DNA of 52,613 nt, from contig JACUUU010000001.1 in the NCBI GenBank assembly GCA_014859065.1, positions 1-52,613 of the forward strand, read 5' to 3'. The DNA comes from Anaerolineales bacterium. GTDB lineage: Bacteria; Chloroflexota; Anaerolineae; Anaerolineales; UBA4823. Below are positions 1 through 7,916 of the stretch, in pieces. The first letter of the stretch is position 1. Each line of letters opens with the position of its first letter. Both the position numbers and the translations under genes were made by a program. The notes under the pieces were generated by a model. It was given only the letters and a program-made list of their open reading frames with translations, was not told the origin of the DNA and did no database searches.

Positions 1-70
1 GTCCGCACACGGAGGTTCTATGTCCGCACACGGAGGTTCTATGTCCGCACACGGACGATCTTTGTCCGCA
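1..70. repeat. 21-bp tandem repeat, about 3.3 copies, truncated by the left window edge
   Basis: GTCCGCACACGGAGGTTCTAT occurs at 1-21 and 22-42 (identical copies), GTCCGCACACGGACGATCTTT at 43-63, and GTCCGCA at 64-70. Each unit contains a small inverted repeat TCCG-CACA-CGGA. The array abuts the dnaE stop codon (71-73 on the minus strand). Confidence 0.9.
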
Positions 71-3000
71 TTACTGAAACGTCAGCGGGTCCACTTTGAT
101 GTGCTCAACCTGGACGAACTCCTTCAAACGGTTGAGCAGGTCGGGGCACATCCCGGTAGTGAAGTTGGGGAACTCCACCAGGTAGCCGCGCCCGTGTTCA
201 TACACCTGGAAGGCGAAGCGGTCGTTGCCTGGATAGGTGATAAGCGTGCCATAAATTTGCCGGATGCGCAGGTTATCGCGTAACTTATCCCCCGTCGAGC
301 GCAGCACGATGGTGATCATGTGCACTTGCTCTCCGGGTAGGGGTGTGAGCGGTGCGATGATGTAGGGCGGAAGTTCTCCCTCTGGTGCGGGTTTCTTTTT
401 TATCTCGATGGGCTGCTCCAACGGCACGGTCAGTGCTGCCTGCGTTCCACCTGAAACTGTGGAGCTGGCCTGATCCCCTTCATCTTGCGCCTCTTCGGGT
501 AGGGGCTCGTTTTCGGGCAGCTCAGTTGGATGCCCAGCTTCAGCTAGCGCTTTGGAGACTTCAGGTTCGGTGACCGCCGCAATGACCGCCCCGGTGAGAC
601 CGCTACTGGCTGGGAAGTTGTCCGGCGGTGGTGGGCCATTCTCGAGCTCATCAATATCATCATCCTTTACACCACTCGTCTCGTCCTCGATTTCGGAAAT
701 GGAGAGCAGTTCTCGCCCGTCCCATTCCTGGTTGCGTTCCTCGGTAATGCGGGGTTCATCTTCCTCATGAGCAGGCGCTTGAGGGGCCGCTTCGATGAGG
801 CGTGAGTTGACAGGTTGTTTGGGGAGCGGCATGGCTGGGAGTGGTTTGACCTCCCCCAGGTCACTGTAAATGCGGTTCACCAGCACCTTTGCCTCTCTGC
901 CGCTCGAATCCAGACGCCCCTCGAACAGCAGTATCTTGTCGAAATCCAGAATTTCGGATTGCTGCTCCCAGATGCGCGGGAACATCACCAGTTCGATCGT
1001 CCCCTGGATATCTTCCAGGGTGACAAAACCCATGGGTTTACCCGCCTTGGTTTGGTGTGGGCGGATGTGGGTAACTAGCCCGGCGACCCGTACCATTTCC
1101 TTAGGCGTCGCTTCGGCGAGCTGCGCCGAGAAATGGGTCACCGTCTTGTTGAGCAATTCCAGGTAGGGGTTGAGGGGATGGTCCGAGACGTACAGGCCGA
1201 TCAGCTCGCGCTCCCAGTTGAGCTGCTCGCGCAGACTGATCTCGACCTCGGTCTGCTCCAGGGTGATCTCTTCGATCAGGTTGTTCTGTGAGCCGAACAG
1301 GCTCATCTGCCCGGCTTCCCTGGCGCGGAAGTGGGAGGCGCTCACCGAGATGATGCGGTCGAGGGCATGCAGTAGGGCTGGGCGTGGGCCGAAACGGTCC
1401 AGGGCGCCAACCCGCACCAAGCTTTCCAGCGGGCGTTTGCCAACCTGGCGAAGGTCGACACGGTGGGCAAAGTCGTTTACATCCACGAAGGGTCGCTCCT
1501 GGCGTGCCTCCAGGATTGCCTTGACTGGCGCGTGTCCCACGTTCTTTACGGCGCACAAACCGAAGCGGATAACTGCCTCTTTGCTTTCGCCTCCCTCCGT
1601 GACCTGACGATCTTCGATCGAGAAGTTCCATTCGCTGATGTTGATATCGGGCGGTTCCACAGCAATGCCCATACGGCGGCAATCAGCCACATACAGGGCA
1701 ACTTTCTCGGTATCGTTCTGGTTGATCGTCAGCAAAGCTGTCATATATTCGACTGGATAATGGGCCTTCAGGTAAGCGGTTTGGACGGCAAGGATGCCGT
1801 AATCGGCGGCGTGAGCCTTATTGAAGCCGTACCTGGCAAACTCTTCCCATTCTTCGAAGATGGCGTTGGCGGTGTTCTCGGCGATGCCCCGTTCTACCGC
1901 GCCAGCTACGAACTTCTGGTGATGCTTGAGCAGTTTCTCTTTTTGTTTCTTGGAAATGGCTTTACGCAGGTCGTCCGCTTCAGGGGCAGAATAACCGGCT
2001 AGTTCCATCGCCGCGAACATGAGCTGCTCCTGGTAAACCGGAAAACCGAATGTCTCTTTGAAGATCGATTCGAGGGCTGGGTGGCGGTATTCGACCTTTT
2101 CCTCGCCGTGCATCCTGCGGATGTAAGCGGGAATAAACTCCATCGGTCCTGGGCGGAAGAGCGCTACCATGGCAATCACGTTTGCCAGCTCCTTGGGCTT
2201 CATCTCCATAAGATAGCGGCGCATACCGCTGCCTTCCACCTGGAACACCCCGGCAGTCTCGCCGCGTCCCAGCAGCTCGTATGTGGCGCGGTCATCTGTG
2301 GGGATGTTCTGCAGGTTGAGCTCGAAGCCATAGCGGTCGCGAATCAGGTCGCAGGCGCGGGCCATGATGGTCAGCGTTGCCAAGCCCAGGAAATCTACCT
2401 TGAGCATGCCCAATGAATCCAGCGTGGACATCTCGAATTGGGTAACCGTCTTGATCGGGTTTTCGCTGCCGGCGCTGAGGGTGCCGCTGCCGGTGGGGCG
2501 GTGCAGTGGGATATACTCGATGATCGGCCTGTCTGCGATGATCACACCCGCGGCGTGCGTTCCGGCGTTGCGTACAACTCCTTCGACTTCCTTGGCGGTG
2601 TCGATCAGTTCTTTATAGTATGGGGCTGAGTTATATAGCTGTTTGAATTCAGGTGCTATCTGCAGTGCTTGAGGAATGGAAACTGGTTTACCGGGGATGT
2701 TGGGGATGAGTTTGGCAGCTTTATCCACTTCCCCCAGAGGGACATCCATCACCCGGCCGACATCACGGATGGCAGCCCGGTCACCCAAGGTGCCGAATTT
2801 GATGATCTGGGCGACCTTGTCGTCTCCGTATTTGCGGGCAGTGTATTCGAGCATCTCAGCCCGCCTGTCATCGCGGAAATCCAGGTCGATATCCGGCATG
2901 GAGATACGCCCCGGATTGAGGAAACGCTCGAAGATCAATCCGTGTTCGATGGGGTCAACCAGGGTGATTTCCAGCGTGTAGGCGACGATGGATCCGGCAG

Positions 3001-4081
3001 CGGAGCCGCGCGCGTTGTACCAGATACCCACTTCGCGCGCGTGTCTGCACAGGTCCCAAACAATCAAGAAGTAAGTGTCGAAACCCATCTGGTGGATGAT
3101 GCCCAGTTCGTAGTCCAACCTTTGGATGACTTCGGGATTGTTGGCGCGCTCTCCGTAGCGACTGCCTAAGCCTGTCTGGCACAGCTCTCGCAGGTAGCTT
3201 TCCGGTGTATAACCTTGAGGGACTTCGAATTCGGGCAGATGGTAGCCCTTGAATCCCAGGTCTAGACTGCAGCGATCAGCGATCAGCATTGTGTTTGCAA
3301 GCGCTTCGGGAAACTCAGCGAAAAGCGTAGACATTTCTTCTGGGGTGCGCAGGTAGTAGCTTTTGTCGGTCATCTTCATGCGGTTGGGGTCGCTGAGCAC
3401 TGCACCGGTCTGGATCGAGAGCATGATATCCTGCAGACGGGCATCCTGCGGGTTGATGTAATGGACATCGTTGGTGGCAACATAGCGCGCCTGGTAACGT
3501 TTCCCCAAATCGAGCAAAGCCTGATTGACAACAGCCAGTTCCTCGATGTCGTGCTGCTGCAGCTCCAGGAAGAAGCGCTCGTTTCCAAAGACTTCGTAAT
3601 ACCAGTCCAGCCTTTCTCGCGCTGACTGCAGTTTTTGATGCTTGATCAGGCGTGGGACCTCGGCTGAGATACAGCCGGAGGTGCAGATCAGCCCCTCAGA
3701 ATGGCGTGCCAGGAAATCAGCGTCTATGCGTGGGTAGTAGTAAAAACCTTCCAACTGTGAGTGGGTGGCGATATGCAGCAGGTTGCGGTAGCCGGTCTCG
3801 TTTTCTGCCAGCAGAAGCAGGTGGGAGGATTTCTTGTCCAGTTGGGGGTCGCGGTCCTGCATCCCCCTGGCTGCTAGATAAGCTTCGATCCCGATGATGG
3901 GCTTGATACCGGCATTGCGAGCCGCATTGTAGAAATCGATCACCCCAAAAAGGCTGCCGTGATCGGTAATTGCCAGAGCTGGCATCCCCAGCTCTTTAGC
4001 CCTTTTGACCAGCTTCTTAATGTTGCTGAAACCATCTAGGAGGGAATATTCGGTGTGGACGTGTAGGTGGACGAAGCTCAT
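71..4081 (-). CDS. dnaE: DNA polymerase III alpha subunit (DnaE1-type), 1336 aa with a long C-terminal extension
   Basis: The N-terminal PHP domain reads FVHLHVHTEYSLLDGF...ITDHG. Palm/fingers segments (GRISMPDIDLDF, NAGTHAAGVII, RPGPM, FNKAHAADYG) and an OB-fold segment (VRVAGLVTHIRPHQTKAGKPMGFVTLED) are present. An acidic/Pro-rich tail and a terminal ~95-aa domain follow. Confidence 0.95.
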   Translation of the reverse strand: MSFVHLHVHTEYSLLDGFSNIKKLVKRAKELGMPALAITDHGSLFGVIDFYNAARNAGIKPIIGIEAYLAARGMQDRDPQLDKKSSHLLLLAENETGYRNLLHIATHSQLEGFYYYPRIDADFLARHSEGLICTSGCISAEVPRLIKHQKLQSARERLDWYYEVFGNERFFLELQQHDIEELAVVNQALLDLGKRYQARYVATNDVHYINPQDARLQDIMLSIQTGAVLSDPNRMKMTDKSYYLRTPEEMSTLFAEFPEALANTMLIADRCSLDLGFKGYHLPEFEVPQGYTPESYLRELCQTGLGSRYGERANNPEVIQRLDYELGIIHQMGFDTYFLIVWDLCRHAREVGIWYNARGSAAGSIVAYTLEITLVDPIEHGLIFERFLNPGRISMPDIDLDFRDDRRAEMLEYTARKYGDDKVAQIIKFGTLGDRAAIRDVGRVMDVPLGEVDKAAKLIPNIPGKPVSIPQALQIAPEFKQLYNSAPYYKELIDTAKEVEGVVRNAGTHAAGVIIADRPIIEYIPLHRPTGSGTLSAGSENPIKTVTQFEMSTLDSLGMLKVDFLGLATLTIMARACDLIRDRYGFELNLQNIPTDDRATYELLGRGETAGVFQVEGSGMRRYLMEMKPKELANVIAMVALFRPGPMEFIPAYIRRMHGEEKVEYRHPALESIFKETFGFPVYQEQLMFAAMELAGYSAPEADDLRKAISKKQKEKLLKHHQKFVAGAVERGIAENTANAIFEEWEEFARYGFNKAHAADYGILAVQTAYLKAHYPVEYMTALLTINQNDTEKVALYVADCRRMGIAVEPPDINISEWNFSIEDRQVTEGGESKEAVIRFGLCAVKNVGHAPVKAILEARQERPFVDVNDFAHRVDLRQVGKRPLESLVRVGALDRFGPRPALLHALDRIISVSASHFRAREAGQMSLFGSQNNLIEEITLEQTEVEISLREQLNWERELIGLYVSDHPLNPYLELLNKTVTHFSAQLAEATPKEMVRVAGLVTHIRPHQTKAGKPMGFVTLEDIQGTIELVMFPRIWEQQSEILDFDKILLFEGRLDSSGREAKVLVNRIYSDLGEVKPLPAMPLPKQPVNSRLIEAAPQAPAHEEDEPRITEERNQEWDGRELLSISEIEDETSGVKDDDIDELENGPPPPDNFPASSGLTGAVIAAVTEPEVSKALAEAGHPTELPENEPLPEEAQDEGDQASSTVSGGTQAALTVPLEQPIEIKKKPAPEGELPPYIIAPLTPLPGEQVHMITIVLRSTGDKLRDNLRIRQIYGTLITYPGNDRFAFQVYEHGRGYLVEFPNFTTGMCPDLLNRLKEFVQVEHIKVDPLTFQ

Positions 4082-4118
4082 AGCACGAAGTTGGCAGGTA
4101 GTGGATGATGGCTATCAG

Positions 4119-4190
4119 GCGAACTGAAATCGTTCGGCGAACTAAAACCGTTCGGCGAAAGCAAATTATTCGACGAGTAGGGCTTATTCG
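4119..4190. repeat. Four decaying 18-nt tandem units in the dnaE upstream region; the first two are perfect CGAAC-N7-GTTCG inverted repeats
   Basis: CGAAC(4120-4124)-N7-GTTCG(4132-4136) and CGAAC(4138-4142)-N7-GTTCG(4150-4154). Degenerate copies follow: CGAAA-N7-ATTCG (4156-4172) and CGAGT-N7-ATTCG (4174-4190). The array lies 38-110 nt upstream of the dnaE ATG (4079-4081, minus strand). Confidence 0.8.
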
Positions 4191-4370
4191 ATGTTGGCAG
4201 ACGCGCCGAAAAGGTCAGGGCGTCATCGAATTCTAATCCAGGTGTATCAAGCAAATCGGTTTATCTTGATCGGTTATCAAGTTCATGAAGATTTTGGTGA
4301 TGGTCATACCAGCTCTGAGATTATAGCATGGGCGCTAGGGCTGTGCTGCTTAAGATGCCTTAAAATATTG

Positions 4371-4406
4371 ACGCCCATATGTCCAATTGATTTGGGGTAT
4401 GGGCGT
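4371..4406 (-). terminator. Hairpin just downstream of the VWA gene stop; possible terminator
   Basis: ACGCCCATA (4371-4379) pairs with TATGGGCGT (4398-4406): a 9-bp stem with an 18-nt loop. On the minus strand it is followed by CAATATTTTAAGG. The large loop makes it atypical. Confidence 0.35.
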
Positions 4407-4423
4407 TGTTTCGTTGGGCTTCC

Positions 4424-6799
4424 TTATCCCTGGCATTTTTGGCGTTGGAGCACCTTGGCGTTCAATCCGATGAACAGGCTGATCTCCTGGTTGGAGGCAA
4501 TCACCTGTTCAGGGGCTAACATGCGGAAATTACCTCGGACTGCACCCGTCTTGGCGTCCAGGAGCACAACTTTATCCTTCTGCTGGCTGACGATGAACTC
4601 AACTGGCTGCAGCCCCTCCACATGAATGTGGGCTTTCTTCGCGTCTCCACCGATTTTGATCTTGTTTCTACGCCGTTTCTTACCTACTTCACGCAAAGAA
4701 GTCGGTGGTAGGAGCACTTTGCCGCGCTTACAAACCATCAGGTATCCTTCAGGTGGTTTTCCAAAAGTACGCACCTTGAGCCAGGGAAGACCAAAGTAGA
4801 GAACTACAGCCAGCAGTCCAATTCCGAGCAGGTCTATCAGGCGCTGCAACCACGGCGGAAGTGGACATCCATCGAATATTGCCAGCCCTGCTTCATCCGG
4901 GCAGCGGTCGAGCGTATCGGGAATACCGTCGCCGTCGCGATCAGAGATAGGTGCTGGTAATGGCGTGGAGGTTGGCACTGGGGTTAACGTTGCTAGAGTA
5001 GGCGGGGGAGAGGTGGGAGTACAGGCCGCCGCCAGCACTTCTCCAGGAATGACCCGTTCTAAGGGCGGAAAGCTGCTGCGATCGACCAGGATAGCCTCGA
5101 AGGTTAATTTGAAATCCGCTGCAGTTCGCGTCGAGCAGACCAGACTTTCGATAAGGGGAGCACATAACTGCGTCAGGTCGCCGCGAAAAACCCCGGTTGG
5201 ACTGGCTTCGAGCAAGACCTCGCCAACCTCATGGCTGATCTTCACCTGTCCGGATCCTGGAACCACTGTGAAATAATCTCCAGCAGTGACAGTGATCTCG
5301 CTGGGCTGACCGGGAGAACAGACGATGCGGTCCGGTTCAAGATATTGGATGTATGGGCCAGCACCGACATTTATAAGAAGCCGGAGCGTGGCAATGGGGA
5401 TACGCTGTCCGGAGGATGGATCAGCTGAACCGGCTTTCAGTTCGAAAATAAAGCGCCCTGGCTCGATTTGAATGTCCGGGTAAGCCTCGGAAAAATTGAA
5501 ACTGAACTCATAGTCTCCGAAGATATCGGGTCTGAGATATTGAGGGACAGGCAGCTCGTGTTGGCTGCCATCCGGGTAGAATACATTGCCATAAATTGGC
5601 TGCAGGGTAGTAATTGGGGAACCATCCTCGAGCACCAGGTTGAACTGCAACACGAAATCACGATGCTGGTTTTGGCGTTCGGTCACTTCAAAAACATTGG
5701 TCAGGTTGGTTGGGTGGATGGACGGGTTGAGGATGTTGATGCGGTATCCACCCTCTCGATCCACGAACACCGTCACTTCTCGTTCGCTCTTAACCGTCCA
5801 GTTCGTATCCCTCAAAGATTGATTTAGCCTTTCTTCGCTGATGTAGATCACCTCAACCGGGTTAAAGTTTCCCCGAAAACGCACGACTCCGGGGTCCTCA
5901 TGAGACAAGACATGTCCTTCTGCATCCTCAATCCAAAGCAGCCCTCTTTCATCTTCTCTGGGATGGACAGTTGTAATGAGCAAACTTTTGGTGTATTGGC
6001 TGACAAAAAGCCGCAGTGGAGAGTCGGGTGTAACTGTGATGGCATCCGCAGGGACTGTATTGTGGAGTTGGGAGATAATGGTGTTGTATGTCTCTTCAAT
6101 ACCGGCCGCCTCTTCGATGTAATAGGTGAATACGTGGCTGTATTTGACCTGCATCTGCTGCCAGAAAAGCACGTATTCGTCAAATGCCTCCAGCAGTTCC
6201 CCCGGATCTTTCAACAGAAGGATGAAGAGAGGGATATCCTGATTTTCGACGATCAAGCGTTCGATATCGGCGTTGGTCTGACCTGCGCGCGGCCAGGGGA
6301 CTCCATCGGTGATCAGTACAATTGCCTGTAGGTTGTCATCCCTGCGGTTGGGGGATTGACGCAGCTCCTGGTAAGCCATGTTCATCGCTGGCACTATGTG
6401 GGTGGCACCCTGAGGCGGCAGGTCGGAGATCACTTCAGCCAGAAAGTCGCGCGAGTCAATCAAGGGGGTAAGCGGGCTGACCAATGTTGGGGGGTCTTCA
6501 CCCAGACTGATTACCCCTGCCTGGAAGTCTTGCTCATTGGGTTGAGCGAAACCCAGGCGAGCGATGAACAAATTAGCTCCCTGAATGCGCAGGAAATCAG
6601 GGTCGCTCCCCCAGACTGTGCAGCCTGGTATGATGAGGTCGCGAGGGAACATTGAGCAGGAGTCATCGATGACGATCATCATATCCACAGCCTGGGGTGT
6701 CTCGATCTCCTGTGCGTGTACACTGTCAACCAAAACGGCGGTGAGCAGGATCAAGAAGACTGCTGTGAATGCATTTGTCAGTCGCATAGAGTTACGCAT
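4424..6799 (-). CDS. Secreted, membrane-anchored von Willebrand factor A domain protein with a thrombospondin-type-3-like Ca-binding repeat and a cytoplasmic C-terminal tail
   Basis: N-terminal signal/TM (LTNAFTAVFLILLTAVLVDSVHA). MIDAS-like DxSxS in MMIVIDDSCSMF. DRDGDGIPDTLDRCPDE repeat. TM helix LIDLLGIGLLAVVLYFGLPWL, then a basic ~120-aa tail (KKRRRNKIKIGGD...). Confidence 0.75.
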   Translation of the reverse strand: MRNSMRLTNAFTAVFLILLTAVLVDSVHAQEIETPQAVDMMIVIDDSCSMFPRDLIIPGCTVWGSDPDFLRIQGANLFIARLGFAQPNEQDFQAGVISLGEDPPTLVSPLTPLIDSRDFLAEVISDLPPQGATHIVPAMNMAYQELRQSPNRRDDNLQAIVLITDGVPWPRAGQTNADIERLIVENQDIPLFILLLKDPGELLEAFDEYVLFWQQMQVKYSHVFTYYIEEAAGIEETYNTIISQLHNTVPADAITVTPDSPLRLFVSQYTKSLLITTVHPREDERGLLWIEDAEGHVLSHEDPGVVRFRGNFNPVEVIYISEERLNQSLRDTNWTVKSEREVTVFVDREGGYRINILNPSIHPTNLTNVFEVTERQNQHRDFVLQFNLVLEDGSPITTLQPIYGNVFYPDGSQHELPVPQYLRPDIFGDYEFSFNFSEAYPDIQIEPGRFIFELKAGSADPSSGQRIPIATLRLLINVGAGPYIQYLEPDRIVCSPGQPSEITVTAGDYFTVVPGSGQVKISHEVGEVLLEASPTGVFRGDLTQLCAPLIESLVCSTRTAADFKLTFEAILVDRSSFPPLERVIPGEVLAAACTPTSPPPTLATLTPVPTSTPLPAPISDRDGDGIPDTLDRCPDEAGLAIFDGCPLPPWLQRLIDLLGIGLLAVVLYFGLPWLKVRTFGKPPEGYLMVCKRGKVLLPPTSLREVGKKRRRNKIKIGGDAKKAHIHVEGLQPVEFIVSQQKDKVVLLDAKTGAVRGNFRMLAPEQVIASNQEISLFIGLNAKVLQRQKCQG

Positions 6800-7245
6800 G
6801 GCAATTCTTTGATGATCTTTCCAGGCTGTTGGTATCCCCAGGAATAGATTGGTTTAACCTTTCCTGTCTTTTAGTATATCATTTCTTGCTTGATGGATGG
6901 ATTAATATCCCCCAAGATTCTTAAGAGTTACCCCACAGCGCCAGCGCTCTTCAACCCAAAAGACACCCTCGCATGTCGCTGCGAGCTGAACTTTGGCCTA
7001 AGCGAAGCGACGCAGTCTCCACCAAATAAATTGTTGGAGTTTGCCACGTCACAAAGCCGACAAAGAACGTCGGTTGTTCCTCGCAAAGACATTAACTTTG
7101 GATGTTTCTTAAGAGAAAGTCACAATTCAAGACTCGCCAGAATGTCTCTCATTTAACCTAAGTATTAAATGTTTGCCAGTATCTCAAATACGGTCAAGAA
7201 TTTCAAGTCAAGATACTTGCATCTCCCGAGTAAACCATGGTCGGA

Positions 7246-7914
7246 TTACCTGAATAGGAGGATGAATATTGTCCCGCTGACCGCCGCCAAAGCATCCGTC
7301 AACAGAGCCCGCAGGGCGAATTTATTGGAATTATACGGCCAGTGGATAGCTGCTCCAGCCAGGAAAGCTCCAGGCAAGCCCTGTCCGAACCCGAACAAGA
7401 ACACGGTCACTAACAAAGCCCGGGAAGCCATGCGTGTCCAGGCAGTCCGGATGACTTCTTTACGGTATTCGGTGTTGGATACAACCATGACCCGCTCGCT
7501 GATATACCAGACATAGGTAACCAGCAGGTACCCGCTGGCATAAATGAAGAAATCCGAGGAAACTGGCAAGATCATTCCGGCGTACTCCCGTTCAACCAGA
7601 AAGGCGATAAGAGCGATGGATGTGAGGTGAAAAGACTGGTCAATGGTATACAATCTGATGTTCCAATTGGGACGGTATTTCTGCAGTTTGAGTTTGCCAA
7701 AGTCAATCCCAAAGTGAGTTACAGTCAGGATGAGCAAGTAAGGCCAGAGCAGCGTGCGAGCCTCGCCAGCCAGGGTGAGCAAGACAACTAAGTGAACGCT
7801 GACATGGATAAGCAAAACCCCCAATTTTTCCTTGTTTCTAGCCATCCATTCGGGTTGTAGGGGGTAATCACCAATCAGGTGAGAGAAGAAAAGGAACCAG
7901 AACATACCGTCCAC
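7246..7914 (-). CDS. DUF3307-like polytopic membrane protein
   Basis: The N-terminal motif FSHLIGDYPLQPEWMARNK is typical of DUF3307. Several hydrophobic helices are present. The start lies 2 nt after the stop of the upstream kinase gene. Confidence 0.65.
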   Translation of the reverse strand: MDGMFWFLFFSHLIGDYPLQPEWMARNKEKLGVLLIHVSVHLVVLLTLAGEARTLLWPYLLILTVTHFGIDFGKLKLQKYRPNWNIRLYTIDQSFHLTSIALIAFLVEREYAGMILPVSSDFFIYASGYLLVTYVWYISERVMVVSNTEYRKEVIRTAWTRMASRALLVTVFLFGFGQGLPGAFLAGAAIHWPYNSNKFALRALLTDALAAVSGTIFILLFR

Positions 7915-7916
7915 TC

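Noticed and set aside
1-70. Possible CRISPR array
   Set aside because: The repeats are directly adjacent with no spacers, the unit is only 21 bp, and no cas genes are present in the window.
20-283. Plus-strand 87-aa ORF beginning MSAHGGSMSAHG
   Set aside because: Its N-terminus is just the translation of the 21-bp tandem repeat. The rest lies antisense to the well-supported dnaE C-terminus.
385-3897. Many 60-190-aa ORFs on both strands overlapping dnaE
   Set aside because: They are low-complexity Arg/Ser/Pro/Gly-rich translations typical of off-frame reading in high-GC DNA. The region is fully explained by the 1336-aa DnaE ORF, which has strong motifs.
4120-4154. Canonical LexA (Cheo) boxes upstream of dnaE
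   Set aside because: The half-sites CGAAC/GTTCG match, but the spacer is 7 nt rather than the 4 nt of the known Gram-positive-type box. I kept it as an unexplained regulatory repeat and did not call it an SOS box.
4191-4625. Plus-strand 144-aa ORF
   Set aside because: It spans an intergenic region and then runs antisense into the VWA gene. It has no RBS or motif.
6890-7156. Plus-strand 88-aa ORF in the 6800-7245 gap
   Set aside because: It has no RBS and no recognisable fold or motif, and its composition is not protein-like (many stop-adjacent AT-rich codons).
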